A DNA stretch of 64,000 nt. It comes from Eledone cirrhosa. Lineage: Eukaryota. The position numbers were made by a program, and so were the translations under genes. This document shows, one piece after another, positions 36,752 to 50,873 of this stretch; within the stretch, counting starts at the first letter, position 1, and every line of letters starts with the position of its first letter. The DNA lies in contig OZ024762.1 in assembly GCA_964016885.1 (NCBI GenBank), positions 11,966,001 to 12,030,000 of the forward strand, read 5' to 3'. Below the pieces are notes generated by a model. The model saw nothing but the letters and a program-made list of their open reading frames with translations. It did not search any database and had not been told where the DNA came from.

Positions 36752-39519
36752 TTCATCTTCCTTGGGATGGGAAACAAACTAAATTATTCTACATTTGATC
36801 TGTTGTTTTACAGTAGAGTAGTTAGAGAGGGTGGGGTGGGCGGACCTCCACCTCAGGCAGTACTGTGTGTTTGAAGAGTGCATATTTTATGTGTGTGTGG
36901 GACAAGAGGTGAGTTTTAGAAGAGGGAGTTTAAGGACCACTACCCAACAGCCTCATAACTGGTTGTTTGTTTCTATTCACCAATTACTGACACAAACCAT
37001 CACTAGTTATTTGTACAAAATCCCCTCCAAAAAATATAAATAAATAAACCCAATGTTATATTTTCAATGAACAATTGTTTATATTTTTACTAAAAAAAGA
37101 TCTAATGGAATATATTTTTATTATTCTATTTTTAAAAAATGTTAAAAAAACAAACCAAAAAGAAACTGAGATAGAGATACCATTATGTTGTCTTGATTAT
37201 GTCACCACCATCAGGAACCATGTTTTCATATAAACAAACATGGAACCTGGATTTAGTTTTTAACATCTTGTTTTAGAAGAAACATATTTATATGTGAACT
37301 ATTTTGAAGAATTTATTATTTAATATTATTCTTTTTTCATGTCACCCAGTTTCATGGGACCAATATTGTACATTGTTATATAATAAAATGTTCAAGTTTT
37401 TTCTCCTTGTTATCAGTCGAGACATTGCATCTTTCAAAACCTCAATGCTTCCCAAAATTCACCAACACTACACCTGATATTCCCCCTCCGTACACATGTG
37501 TGTGTGTGTGCGTCATGACTCATACACTGCTAACATTTGAACATTATTCTATGTAGGCGGTGGATTGACAGTATCGGTAGAGGGTCGGATGCTATGCTTT
37601 GCAGCATAGTCACGGTCCTTTACATTCTGAGTTCAAATCTCGCTGAGGTTAACTTTGCCTTTCATCTTTATGGGGTCGATAAAATAAAGTACCAGTAATG
37701 CACTGGGATAATTGCTGGCCTTGTGCCAAAAATAGAAGCAATTATTCTATATATATGTGAAGGCACGTGGCCTAGTGGTAAGGGTGTTGGACTTAAGATC
37801 ATGATGTCATGGGTTCGATTGTGTGTTGTGTTCTTAAGCAAAACACTTCATTTCATGTTGCTCCAGTATACTCAGCTAATAAATGAGTACCAGCAATAGC
37901 TGGGGGTCTAACCTTGCAATGGATCGGAATCCTCTCTGGGGAAAAATCTTGTACTCTCGGTTGCTTCAAGCCATGAAACTGTGAAAAGCACTGCTTGCAA
38001 CGCCTGAGGGCAGGCATGCATACATACACCTTTGATGAGTTGTAGTACACAATAATATTCATTATCATTATATATTTTTTTTATCATAATCATCATCGTT
38101 ATCATAATTTTACATGTGCTTCTTGTCAGCATGAGGTCCTAACATTTGTCATCAGACCTTCAAAGCAACATCTACCTTTTCTATGATACTTAATCAGTGG
38201 GTTGGAGGCTCTGTATCATCACCATTTTACGTCCCCCTCTTCCTTGCTGGCAAGGGTGAGACAGGTCCTCTTCAGTACAGAGTCTCTCCATTTTTCACAG
38301 TCCTTCATCATACTCTCTGTGAGTTTCAGTGATCCGACATCAGCTCTCACCACCTCCACCCATCCTCTACTGCGATTACCTGGCACTGTAAGCCCAGTAA
38401 AACCCTGAATCTCCATCTGAAAAGTTCCACTCTAAAAGGCAGCCCTAGGCAAAGTTTTTTTTGAGTATGTTGAATGGTACTATATATATATATTTTTTAA
38501 TTTAGGTCTAGTAGATAAGTCATACCTCCATTTTATATATAACATTTATAATGTACCATGTACATTATAAATATAAAGTCATGTAAAGGGTTAAAACAAG
38601 TTTGACTTACAAATACAAAAATGAAATAATTTTTTTATTTTATTTTATTTTATTTTAAATCAAATAAAACGCAAAAAATTACATCCAATTAGAAATGTTA
38701 TTTTAATTAATTCAACAAACACAAAGTTTAAAAACACATATATAAAATTAGTTTTCTTCTCTTAAAAAAAAAAGACAGGTAAGACCAATAATATTATTAT
38801 TATTAGTAGTAGTAGTAGTAGTAGTAATATAAAAGAAATTATTACTATTAGTCATTTATGTTCTTAGTGTTATAATTATGTTGTGAGAAGAAAATAAAAA
38901 TCCTTATTTGTCTATACTAATATTATTTTCATTTTTCTGGCAAGTAAGGGAGACAACCTTAGACATGTTTTCGCCTTATGTTGAGCTTCTCAACAGAATA
39001 AATGCACCAACACCCTATTTTCTCAAGTAGAGATGGATGAATCGCTAAATAATATATATATGATTGTACAATTGTTGGCATGGGAAGAAAATAGAATTGT
39101 TTAGGTTTGAAATCATTCACTGTACCAGTTTAATAATGATTTCTTTATTAACCACAAGGGTTTACATAAAGTAAACATTTTACTTAACCTCTTTGATTTA
39201 TTGATTATTATTTTCAAAATTTATTGAAATATATAAGCAGAGTACGGGAATTTGTATATGTAGCGATATACAGTATCTTTATAAATAAACATTTTGAAAG
39301 CCTTCAACTATGAATTTTGAAACTGATGGCGTAGCGCCATCTAGCAGCTTCCAGCAAAAGCTAAGGATAGCTGTTACAGCTAACACCCTAATTTTATAAG
39401 CAGAGTATCTTCTTTAAAATAAATACGTTTACGAAAGGACTTAAACACTATTGACACCAGACCTCTAAAAAACACCAACCCCAGTTCTATGACTCAAAAC
39501 TTTGTATTAAAATATTTAT

Positions 39520-39975
39520 ATAAAACCTTTGTTCATTAGAAATAGGGTAACGAAAGGGTTAAAGTTTTTATATATATCTAAAACCTTTGTTCATTAGAAA
39601 TAGGGTAACGAAAGAGTTAAAGTGTTTATATTTATCTAAAACCTTTGTTCATTAGAAATAGGGTAACGAAAGAGTTAAAGTGTTTATATTTATCTAAAAC
39701 TTTTGTTCATTAGAAATAGGGTAACGAAAGGGTTAAAGTTTTTATATATATCTAAAACCTTTGTTCATTAGAAATAGGGTAACGAAAGGGTTAAAGTTTT
39801 TATATATATATATCTAAAACCTTTGTTCATTAGAAATAGGGTAATGAAAGGGTTAAAGTGTTTATATTTATCTAAAACCTTTGTTCATTAGAAATATGTT
39901 AGCGAAAGGGTTAAAGTGTTTATATTTATCTAAAACTTTTGTTCATTAGAAATTTGTTAATGAAAGGGTTAAAGA
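39520..39975. repeat. ~60-bp tandem repeat (~8 copies) containing a GGG|TTAA piggyBac-like end
   Basis: Recurring AAAACCTTTGTTCATTAGAAATAGGGTAACGAAAGGGTTAAAG. Confidence 0.9.
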
Positions 39976-40929
39976 AAATAAAAACTGCTTCTAAATTAGT
40001 TTAATGTCTATTGAGTAACCAACATAAAAATTCAACATGTCCACACAAAAAGAGTAAATGACAAACATTACTAACCTCTTAATCAGTCTTCATATGTTGG
40101 AGTTGTCTTCTCTTCACCTAACTTAACTATTAACATCCTGTAATGATTTAGCAGAAAAATATCTAAAAACTGATCTGTTAATTCAAATGTTTATAGTATC
40201 TCTACTACTAGACGGATTGTTGTGAAAATTTGCAGTATTAGACTTTAGTTTTTAATGTGATGCAATCATAGTTCTGTTTTGTAGTTTGAAAGAATATCTT
40301 GCTAATGTGGTTTCATGTGGTACAAGACATTAAGAGTTAACCTCATGTAATAGTACTAACAGTACTAATAGAGATAGAGAATGACTATGTCAAGCTCTTT
40401 AATTTCTGGTTTATCTGTTCTATTCAGTTCTTCAAATATACACAACATAAACAAAAACATTTAAAAACATTTTTTTTTTTTAGCAACAGAAGAAAAAGTA
40501 CCTTTTATGATGTGTACGCCGCAATGCAGATAACCACAATAATAGTCAATTATTATAAGTAATAGTGCAGAAAATCTGGTAGATGCACTTTTTTCCCTGT
40601 CTTCAGAGTAACTCTACCTGAATTTCTCAACTATTATTATTTATAGCAATCAACTATTATTATGGTTATTTGCATTGAGGGAGACACACATTTCAAATTT
40701 TTTTTTTTTTCTCAATGTTTCATAAGTCAACTGCATTGTTTAGCTTTTGTGACGTTGTATAAATAATGTTGCATAAATTCATCATATATTTGTCGGAGGT
40801 GAATGGGGGGGTGGGGTTGGGTTGGTTGGGGTGGAGGTAGGAGTTGGGAGAATTAAAAAAAAAATCTATATGATTCAAAACAATAAATAGTCATTCTCGC
40901 AAAAAAAAAAAAAAAAAAAAAAATAATAA

Positions 40930-41085
40930 TATCTTGAAGAGTCTCCAAGACTGGTTAAAGAAAATTAGCCCAGCCCCCCCCCCCCTTTTTTTTTTCGGAA
41001 CACTCCAGAAGGTCTCCCTACTGGGAACAGCAAGGTCCCTCCGATATGTCCTGAATATCTGAAGCTGTAGGTAGTGGCTTCATTT
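40930..41085 (+). mobile_element. R4/Dong-like LINE 3' fragment
   Basis: Encodes LQKVSLLGTARSLRYVLNI-stop, matching the LQK..LLGTA.ILR C-terminus of that clade. Confidence 0.55.
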
Positions 41086-41099
41086 TCATTAGGGCAAAT

Positions 41100-41710
41100 T
41101 TATTTATCGACCCCGTAAGGATGAAAGGCAAAACCAACCTCGACGGAGTTTGAACTCAGAACGTAAAGGGCCGTAACTCTATGCCAATCCACTACTACTA
41201 TTAATAATAATAATGGTTTCTGATTTAGACACAAGGCCAACAATTTTTTTTTTTGGGGGGGGGGGGGGGAGTCGATTAAATCGACCCACCAGTGCATTTA
41301 CTGGTACTTTATTTTATTGACCCTGTAAGGATGAAAGGCAAATTTAACTAAGGTAGGATTTGAACTCAGAACAGAAAAAAGATGGAACAAAGCATTTTGT
41401 CCAACGTGCTAACGATTCTACTAACTCACTGCCACCTAAAAATAGTTTCTAATTTAGATACATGGTCAGCAAATCTTTTGGAGGTGGGGGGAAGCGAAGA
41501 AGAGTTGATTATATCAACCCCCCCAGTACATGACTGGTACTTTATTTGATCGACCCCCCCCCCCCCACCCCCACCCCACCCCTCTCTGCCCAAATAGAAG
41601 GATGAAAGGCAAAGTTAACCTCAGCAGGATTTGAACTCAGAACATATAGAGCCCGGAGAACAAATACCGCAAGAATTTGTCAGATACTCTACTGATTCGG
41701 CCCATCCCTT
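41100..41710 (-). mobile_element. Cluster of family-1 SINE copies in the putative HTATIP2 3' UTR
   Basis: Three GGATGAAAGGCAAA...GATTTGAACTCAGAAC-type blocks. Confidence 0.75.
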
Positions 41711-41778
41711 ACCCTTAAAAACAGGTTTAGTAATAATGGACGAAAATAAACAACTACCTTTTCATCATTTAGACTGAA

Positions 41779-41815
<37 letters not shown>

Positions 41816-41882
41816 ACGAAAAAGAATTTAGACATTCTGTGTTGTTTCATTTCGTCTTCATTCCTTTCTTTGAAAGATTCTT

Positions 41883-42153
41883 TCAAAGATCTGATTCTGG
41901 TTCCTTCTTGTTAGTAGTCTTTACTGTTGGAGGGCAGAACTGTTGAGCCATGCCAGCCACCACATGAATTGCTTTGTTCTCAAAGACATCCAATGTTCTG
42001 TTTGTGGGTATTATTGCGTTGTTCAGCATAGCAACAGCAGCAGTCTCCACAGGCAGAGTGACTGCAGTGGGGAAGAAATACGCGACTGGTCGTAGAATCT
42101 TCTCAAATATTGTATCGCCAGGCCGATGTTCTGCACGATCGCACAACAGAACG
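41883..42153 (-). CDS. HTATIP2: HTATIP2-like, final exon 6 (total CDS 897 nt, 298 aa)
   Basis: TTTGTAG|(G)VLLCDRAEHRPGD...AMLNN...ENKAIH...SDL-TGA; matches the TIP30 GVLLCDRQESRPGE and ENKAIH motifs. Confidence 0.93.
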
Positions 42154-42258
42154 CTACAAAGAGAGGCAAGTTCAGAATTGGTTAAAAAAAAATCTGGTCA
42201 GATCAGGTCACAAGTTGAGAAATGGTTTTTAAAAAAACCTAAGATCAATATTATTTAA

Positions 42259-43416
42259 CCCTTTAACATTTACATTACTCTATATAATCTATTGTATTTT
42301 CACAGTAAAGTCTTTACCTCACATAATATTTACATTACTCTATATATACTATTGTATTTTCACAGTAAAGGCTTTACCTCACATAACATTTACATTACTC
42401 TATATATACTATTGTATTTTCACAGTAAAGGCTTTACCTCACATAATATTTACATTACTCTATATATACTATTGTATTTTCACAGTAAAGGCTTTACCTC
42501 ACATAATATTTACATTACTCTATATATACTATTGTATTTTCACAGTAAAGGCTTTACCTCACATAATATTTACATTACTCTATATATACTATTGTATTTT
42601 CACAGTAAAGGCTTTACCTAACATAACATTTACATTACTCTATATATACTATTGTATTTTCACAGTAAAGGCTTTACCTAACATAACATTTACATTACTC
42701 TATATAATCTATTGTATTTTCACAGTAAAGTCTTTACCTCACATAATATTTACATTACTCTATATATACTATTGTATTTTCACAGTAAAGGCTTTACCTC
42801 ACATAATATTTACATTACTCTATATATACTATTGTATTTTCACAGTAAAGGCTTTACCTCACATAATATTTACATTACTCTATATATACTATTGTATTTT
42901 CACAGTAAAGGCTTTACCTCACATAACATCTCACATAACAGTTACATTACTCTATATATACTATTGTATTTTCACAGTAAAGGCTTTACCTCACATAATA
43001 TCTCACATAACATTTACATTACTCTACATTTACTATTGTATTTTCACAGTAAAGGCTTTACCTCACATAATATCTCACATAACATTTACATTACTCTACA
43101 TTTACTATTGTATTTTCACAGTAAAGGCTTTACCTCACATAATATCTCACATAACATTTACATTACTCTATATATACTATTGTATTTTCACAGTAAAGTC
43201 TTAACCTCACATAACATCTCACATAACATTTACATTACTCTATATATACTAGTATATTTACACAGTAAAGGCTTTATCCCACATAATTATCTCACTTAAT
43301 ATCGAATCTATGAGATTTTGATATTATTTATTTTGAGAACAATATGAGTGGCTGGTTTGAGCAGAAAGAGGTGAGAGATTTCTGGTCGGATACGGTCGGT
43401 TTAAATGCTAAAGAGT
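42259..43416 (-). repeat. piggyBac-type MITE with an internal 60-bp segment amplified ~16x
   Basis: TTAA|CCCTTTAACATTTAC at left, TAAATGCTAAAAGAG|TTAA at right; unit matches the reverse complement of ~30730-30790. Confidence 0.85.
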
Positions 43417-43803
43417 TAAAAGTAGTTATAAATGTACAGTTCAACAAAGGGAGGATCCTTCAGTTGTGTTAAAGACATGACAACTTCCCTTGTGTTGATA
43501 ATCTATATGATAAACACCCTGTACACTCTGTGAAGTGGTTGGTGATAAGAAGGACGTCCAGCTGTAGAAACCCTGCCTGACAAAGAGATGGGAGGACATA
43601 GCAACCTCCGTAGCACTGGTGTCATGATAAAATACACCTGGTAGAATACAGGATTACATGTAAGTGAGATGCAGAATTGTTCAAATACTGATTGTGGGGC
43701 CTCAGCATTTGTCACGATGGTCAACTTCCCAATCACTACCGCAGCCCCTAAACTTCTAGGAAAGAATAAACATATAAACATATAAATATACAAATATATT
43801 TAC

Positions 43804-43865
43804 CCTGGTCGAAATATGGAGAGTCTCTGGAAATGCATCACTTTTAAAGTTTCTTCCATAAGACC
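43804..43865 (-). CDS. HTATIP2: HTATIP2-like, exon 5
   Basis: TTATAG|GLMEETLKVMHFQRLSIFRP-GG|GTAAAT; phase 0 to 2. Confidence 0.9.
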
Positions 43866-44499
43866 CTATAAGATAGATAGACAGAAAGGATCTTGTGTTA
43901 AGGTCTGTTGTCCATAAGACCCTATAAGTCAGACAGAAGGGTCTCGTGTTAAGGTCTGTTGTCCATAAGACCCTATAAGTCAGATAGATAGGCAGAAAGG
44001 GTTTCATGTTAAGGTCTGTTGTTCATAAGAGCCTATAAGATAGACAGATAGGATCTCATTTTAAGGTCTGTTGTCCATAAGACCCTATAAGGCAGACAGA
44101 CAAACAGAAAGGGCTTCATTCTAAGGCTTGTTTTCCATAAGACCCCAAAAGACAGAGCTAAACAGAAAGGGTCTTGTGTTAAGGTCTGTTTCCCATAAGA
44201 CCCAGTGAAACAGTTCCAATAAAATCTAAAGTCTGCCTCAAGCCAGGTGACTCCTCAAGCTGGTACTTACCTTGGTTTCTGTGGTGTGAAGTGACTGAGA
44301 GTACAAGATTTCCCCCTGGACAGGACTCCAGTCTATCACAGGGTTAAAACCCCCCAGCTATTGCTACTGGTACTCCTTTTCAGTGGAGTATACTGGAGCA
44401 ACATGAAATGAAGTGTTTTGCTCAAGGACACAACACACAACCCAGTTCAGGAATCAAACCCATGACATTACCATCATAAGTCCAACACCCTTACCACTA

Positions 44500-44766
<267 letters not shown>

Positions 44767-44805
44767 TCAAGGGATTTAATTTACTACTGGTATATGAAAG
44801 GCAAA

Positions 44806-47317
44806 TACTACCAATACTGCCAATACACCCAATACTGCCAATACTGCCAATACTACCAATACTACCAATACTGCCAATACTACCAATACTGCCAATACTA
44901 CCAATACTACCAATACTGCCAATACTACCAATACTACCAATACTGCCAATACTACCAATACTGCCAATACTACCAATACTACCAATACTGCCAATACTAC
45001 CAATACTACCAATACTGCCAATACTACCAATACTGCCAATACTACCAATACTGCCAATACTGCCAATACTACCAATACTGCCAATACTACCAATACTGCC
45101 AATACTGCCAATACTACCAATACTGCCAATACTCCCAATACTGCCAATACTGCCAATACCACCAATACTGCCAATACTACCAATACTGCCAATACTACCA
45201 ATACTACCAATACTGCCAATACTACCAATACTACCAATACTGCCAATACTACCAATACTGCCAATACTACCAATACTGCCAATACTGCCAATACTACCAA
45301 TACTGCCAATACTGCCAATACTACCAATACTGCCAATACTCCCAATACTACCAATACTGCCAATACTGCCAATACTACCAATACTGCCAATACTACCAAT
45401 ACTGCCAATACTCCCAATACTACCAATACTGCCAATACTACCAATACTCCCAATACTACCAATACTGCCAATACTGCCAATACTACCAATACTACCAATA
45501 CTGCCAATACTACCAATACTGCCAATACTGCCAATACTACCAATACTACCAATACTGCCAATACTGCCAATACTGCCAATACTACCAATACTGCCAATAC
45601 TGCCAATACTACCAATACTGCCAATACTACCAATACTGCCAATACTGCCAATACTGCCAATACTACCAATACTGCCAATACTACCAATACTGCCAATACT
45701 GCCAATACCACCAATACTGCCAATACTACCAATACTGCCAATACTGCCAATACTGCCAATACCACCAATACTGCCAATACTACCAATACTACCAATACTA
45801 CCAATACTACCAATACTGCCAATACTACCAATACTGCCAATACTGCCAATACTACCAATACTGCCAATACTACCAATACTGCCAATACTGCCAATACCAC
45901 CAATACTGCCAATACTACCAATACTACCAATACTGCCAATACTACCAATACTACCAATACTGCCAATACCACCAACACTGCCAATACTACCAATACTGCC
46001 AATACTGCCAATACTACCAATACTGCCAATACTACCAATACTGCCAATACTGCCAATACCACCAATACCGCCAATACTACCAATACTGCCAATACCACCA
46101 ACACTGCCAATACTACCAATACTGCCAATACTACCAATACTACCAATACTGCCAATACTACCAATACTGCCAATACCACCAATACCACCAATACTACCAA
46201 TACTGCCAATACCACCAACACTGCCAATACTGCCAATACTGCCAATACTACCAATACTACCAATACTGCCAATACTACCAATACTGCCAATACTACCAAT
46301 ACTGCCAATACTGCCAATACTACCAATACTGCCAATACTGCCAATACTACCAATACTACCAATACTGCCAATACTACCAATACTGCCAATACTACCAATA
46401 CTGCCAATACTACCAATACTGCCAATACTACCAATACTGCCAATACTGCCAATACTACCAATACTGCCAATACCACCAATACTGCCAATACTGCCAATAC
46501 TACCAATACTGCCAATACTACCAATACCACCAATACTGCCAATACTGCCAATACTACCAATACTGCCAATACCACCAATACTGCCAATACTGCCAATACT
46601 ACCAATACCACCAATACTGCCAATACTACCAATACTGCCAATACTGCCAATACCACCAATACTGCCAATACTACCAATACTGCCAATACTACCAATACTG
46701 CCAATACTGCCAATACTACCAATACTACCAATACTGCCAATACTACCAATACTGCCAATACTACCAATACTGCCAATACTGCCAATACCACCAATACTGC
46801 CAATACTACCAATACTGCCAATACTGCCAATACTACCAATACTGCCAATACTACCAATACTACCAATACTGCCAATACTGCCAATACTACCAATACTGCC
46901 AATACTGCCAATACTACCAATACTGCCAATACTACCAATACTACCAATACTACCAATACTGCCAATACTGCCAATACTACCAATACTACCAATACTGCCA
47001 ATACTACCAATACTGCCAATACTACCAATACTGCCAATACTGCCAATACTGCCAATACTACCAATACTGCCAATACTACCAATACTGCCAATACTGCCAA
47101 TACCACCAATACTGCCAATACTACCAATACTGCCAATACTGCCAATACTACCAATACTACCAATACTACCAATACTACCAATACTGCCAATACTACCAAT
47201 ACTGCCAATACTACCAATACTGCCAATACTACCAATACTGCCAATACTACCAATACTACCAATACTACCAATACCACCAACACTGCCAATACTACCAATA
47301 CTACCAATACTGCCAAT
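44806..47317. repeat. 2.5-kb 9-mer array (TACTRCCAA)n in HTATIP2 intron 3
   Basis: Roughly 280 units with variants TACTAC/TACTGC/TACCAC/TACTCC/CACTGC + CAA. Confidence 0.98.
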
Positions 47318-47372
47318 TCACCCCAGTAGTAATAATAATAGTAATACTAATAATAGTAATAATGATACTAAC

Positions 47373-47480
47373 TGACTGGATAGAGCCATGTGATGTACCA
47401 AGGGTACAAAATCCATACGCAAGCCCTTTAAACAAGTCAGCATCATCCTCCAGGAGATTAAAGTCTACCACATTCTGTTC
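47373..47480 (-). CDS. HTATIP2: HTATIP2-like, exon 3
   Basis: TTTCAG|EQNVVDFNLLEDDADLFKGLAYGFCTLGTSHGSIQS|GTTAGT; phase 0 to 0. Confidence 0.92.
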
Positions 47481-47901
47481 CTGAAATAGAAATACGAGGA
47501 ATTTTTAAAATATAAATCAATAATCCGTATAAATTATTCCCCCCCCCCAAAAAAAAAACAACCGAGTTATTAAATACAGCCCCTACTTACAAACTCGGGT
47601 CCCAGATGATCCAGGTTTATAATCCTCCGTCCAATCAATACGACCCTATTAAATACTTTGGCCCGGTCAAGAGCTTCCAGTAGATGTCGGCACCCCCCCA
47701 AAAAAAGAATAAACAACCGAGTTATTAAATACAGCCCCTACTTACAAACTCGAGTCCCAGATGATCCAGGTTTATAATCCTCCGTCCAATCAATACGACC
47801 CTATTAAATACTTTGGCCCGGTCAAGAGCTTCCAGTAGATGTCGGCACCCCCCCCCAAAAAAAAATAAACAACCGAGTTATTAAATACAGCCCCTACTTA
47901 C

Positions 47902-48088
47902 AAACTCGGGTCCCAGATGATCCAGGTTTATAATCCTCCGTCCAATCAATACGACCCTATTAAATACTTTGGCCCGGTCAAGAGCTTCCAGTAGATGTCG
48001 GCCAACCTCCCCGCTGTAACCTACTACGAAGGCGCTGTGGTTCTGACGACGGAAGTTCTCAATGTTTTCTTGGGCACTAACAGGAATC
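47902..48088 (-). CDS. HTATIP2: HTATIP2-like, exon 2
   Basis: TTTGCAG|(K)IPVSAQENIENFRRQNHSAFVVGYSGEVGRHLL...VVLIGRR...GPEF|GTAAGT; Rossmann GxxGxxG and GRR. Confidence 0.93.
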
Positions 48089-50099
48089 CTGCAAATATAG
48101 AAATAACACTGAAACTGAGGAATATTTAGCTGTTGTTTCTAACACATCAAATATATGGAATGTGGAGGTAAAGACATTGGTGGTGGTAATGGTGGTGGTG
48201 GTAGTGGTTGTGGTGATGGTGGTGGTGGTGGTTGTGGTGGTGGTAGTGGTGGTGGTGGTAGTAGTGGTGGTGATGGTAGTAGTGGTGGTGATGGTAGTGG
48301 TGGTGGTGGTGGTAGTAGTGACGGTAGTGGTGGTGGTGATGGTAGTAGTGGTGGTGATGGTAGTGGTGGTGGTGGTGGTGGTGGTGGTAGTGGTGGTGAT
48401 GGTAGTGGTGGTGGTGGTGGTAGTGGTGGTGGTATTGGTGGTAGTGGTGGTGATGGTAGTAGTGTTGGTGGTGGTAGTGGTGGTGATGGTTGTAGTGGTG
48501 GTAGTAGTGGTGGTGGTGATGGAAGTGGTGGTAGTGATAGTAGTAGTAGTGGTGGTGGTGGTAGTAGTGGTGGTGGTACTGGTAGTAGTGGTAGTGGTAG
48601 AAGTGATGGTGGTAGTGGTGATGTGTAAAAGTTGTCTTTAGTGCAATGGTGTAAAAAAAAACAAAAAAAAAACATGTAAAAAAACAAACAAAACAGTTAA
48701 TGAGGAGGTTTTTGTTGTTCATTAACTGCAGACAATTAAAAGGTTTAATTTTAGAAATGCTAAAGACACAGACAACACACAGACAGACAGACATACACAA
48801 ACAGACATATAGAGGCACACACAGACATATAGAGACACACATACATACAGATACACACACACACACACACACAATATACACAGACATACAGATACACACA
48901 CACAAACAGATACACACACACACAACTCACACCACACACATTTGTTTTGTCTTTTGTGTTAAATTCTAATTAAAGTCATGAAGAGGTTGGATGAGCTAAT
49001 CATGTGATTATGTGGGATTGACACCAACACCTTACAGAGTGTATTGAGTACTATATACTGTGACACCAACACTACCACCTTACAAGACAGAGACACATTC
49101 CTCTCTCAGCAAGTTCTCACCGATATTTTAAAGTTTCCCCTGGAAAGGAAAGTAAGGATGGTGATAGAGGAGCTCTCTTTCAGATTTACCGCAAGATGGG
49201 GGAAAGTAACAAAAATGGTACAAGTGAATGGGTCTACTCTCAGCTTGTAGCTACAGGTCAGACAAGGGCAGTTGGCAGAGGGCACTCACCCTTGGTTATT
49301 GTGGGTCTGTGGGATTTCTCAAATTGATAAAATTAGGTATTCAGCTCTCTGTACCAGGAGGGTCTGAATATCTCATATAATTCAAGAAATTCCAGCAGAA
49401 GGAAGATGCAGTAGAGGAAGACCACGAAAATCATGAGCGGAGGTGGTGAGAGCTGACCTCAGATCACTGAAGCTCACGGAGGAGATGACAAAGGACCATG
49501 ACGAATGGAGAGATGCTGTGCTTAATAGGTCCCGTCCCACCCTTGCAAGCAAGCAGGGAAAAGTGGACATAAAATGATGATGATTATTATGTATGTTTGT
49601 TACCCTGGCTGGAGGTTGGTCACAACAGTTGAGAGAGGACACACACCCCTTGTGGTCAGGGTGGTTGTGGATCTGTTGTGCTTGTCAATTAGCCGTAGGT
49701 ATTTAGCTCTCTATAATGGGAAGATTGAATACCTTATATAACTGTATATTATATTTGTTACCTTACCTGTAGGTCAGACAAGGACAGTCGAGAGAGGGCA
49801 CACACCCTTGGTGGTCAGGGTGATTGTGTACCTGTGGGGGTCCTCAGTTATATACATAGGTGGACCAGGATTTTACCAGTTTTAAACTAGTAATACCATT
49901 ATTCAGTAGAGTACTCGATACTTGAGAGTAGAGTGTGACTGTATTAGAGAGAGTCGCCAGGCCCCTACTCTCTCTAATATATATATATAGTTTACCAACT
50001 CCAGAGTCGGGCCCGATCAATACAAATCGAATCCTGAGCTGACTAATCGCGAAACGCGCGTCACACCTCAATAAATGTAATGAAAATTTAGCACCACGC

Positions 50100-50153
<54 letters not shown>

Positions 50154-50873
50154 AGAGAGAGAGAGAGAGAGGATAGATAAATAGATTTAAACTAATGGTT
50201 TAAGATGTCACAGTCACAACAAGGCCTGAAGTTCAAAACTGACAGAAGGCAGAGGTGAAACCGAAGGATGTAAGGATTAAAAACATTTGCAAGGAAAAGT
50301 TCAGAAGATAAACTGAAGGAGAAACCACTAAACGATCTACTATTTATATTAGTGTATATACACGAGAAAGGTGAATGTTGTTGCTGAACGGAAAACGGGG
50401 TTGTGTGAGGTGGACAAACTACACAACAAATAATAATGATTTCTTTATTAACCACAAGGGTTTACATAAAGTAGACATTAAGGACAGTGCAGGACAATAC
50501 AGGACGGTACAAATGGGCATTTCTGCGTGTAAAAAGCAAAAACAGAGGATGTAACAAAAAATAACAATGAAAAATTCCCCAATAATAATGCAAATATTTT
50601 CTTTTCTTTTGTGTTATTGCCGAGGTTAACTTTGCCTTTCATCCTTACGGGGTCTATAAAATAAAGTACCAGTAATACACTGAGTAATTGCTGGCCTTGT
50701 GCCAAAGGTAGAAACAATTATTATTATTTCCATTGTTAAAGAGGTTTTGCTATTGTGCACTTTTACTCGAGCTTATTCTAACCCCAGACTCCCTACTGTC
50801 CGTGTCTTTGTACTGTTCCCTACATGTCGGTTCCTTGTGGCCAATAAATGAAATTATTATTAGTAGTAGTAAT

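Noticed and set aside
38955-39005. Minus-strand CTGTTGA...GAAA-ACATG-TC hammerhead-like string
   Set aside because: Core A6 is mutated and stem I does not pair
48155-48641. Gly/Ser-rich or poly-His ORFs (also 55.5-58.1, 59.4 and 61 kb)
   Set aside because: (GGT)n/(ACC)n trinucleotide repeats without splice or homology support
49990-50100. CpG-rich patch in HTATIP2 intron 1 as an alternative promoter
   Set aside because: No phase-compatible ATG exon identified; the nearby donor-like site lies within a local repeat
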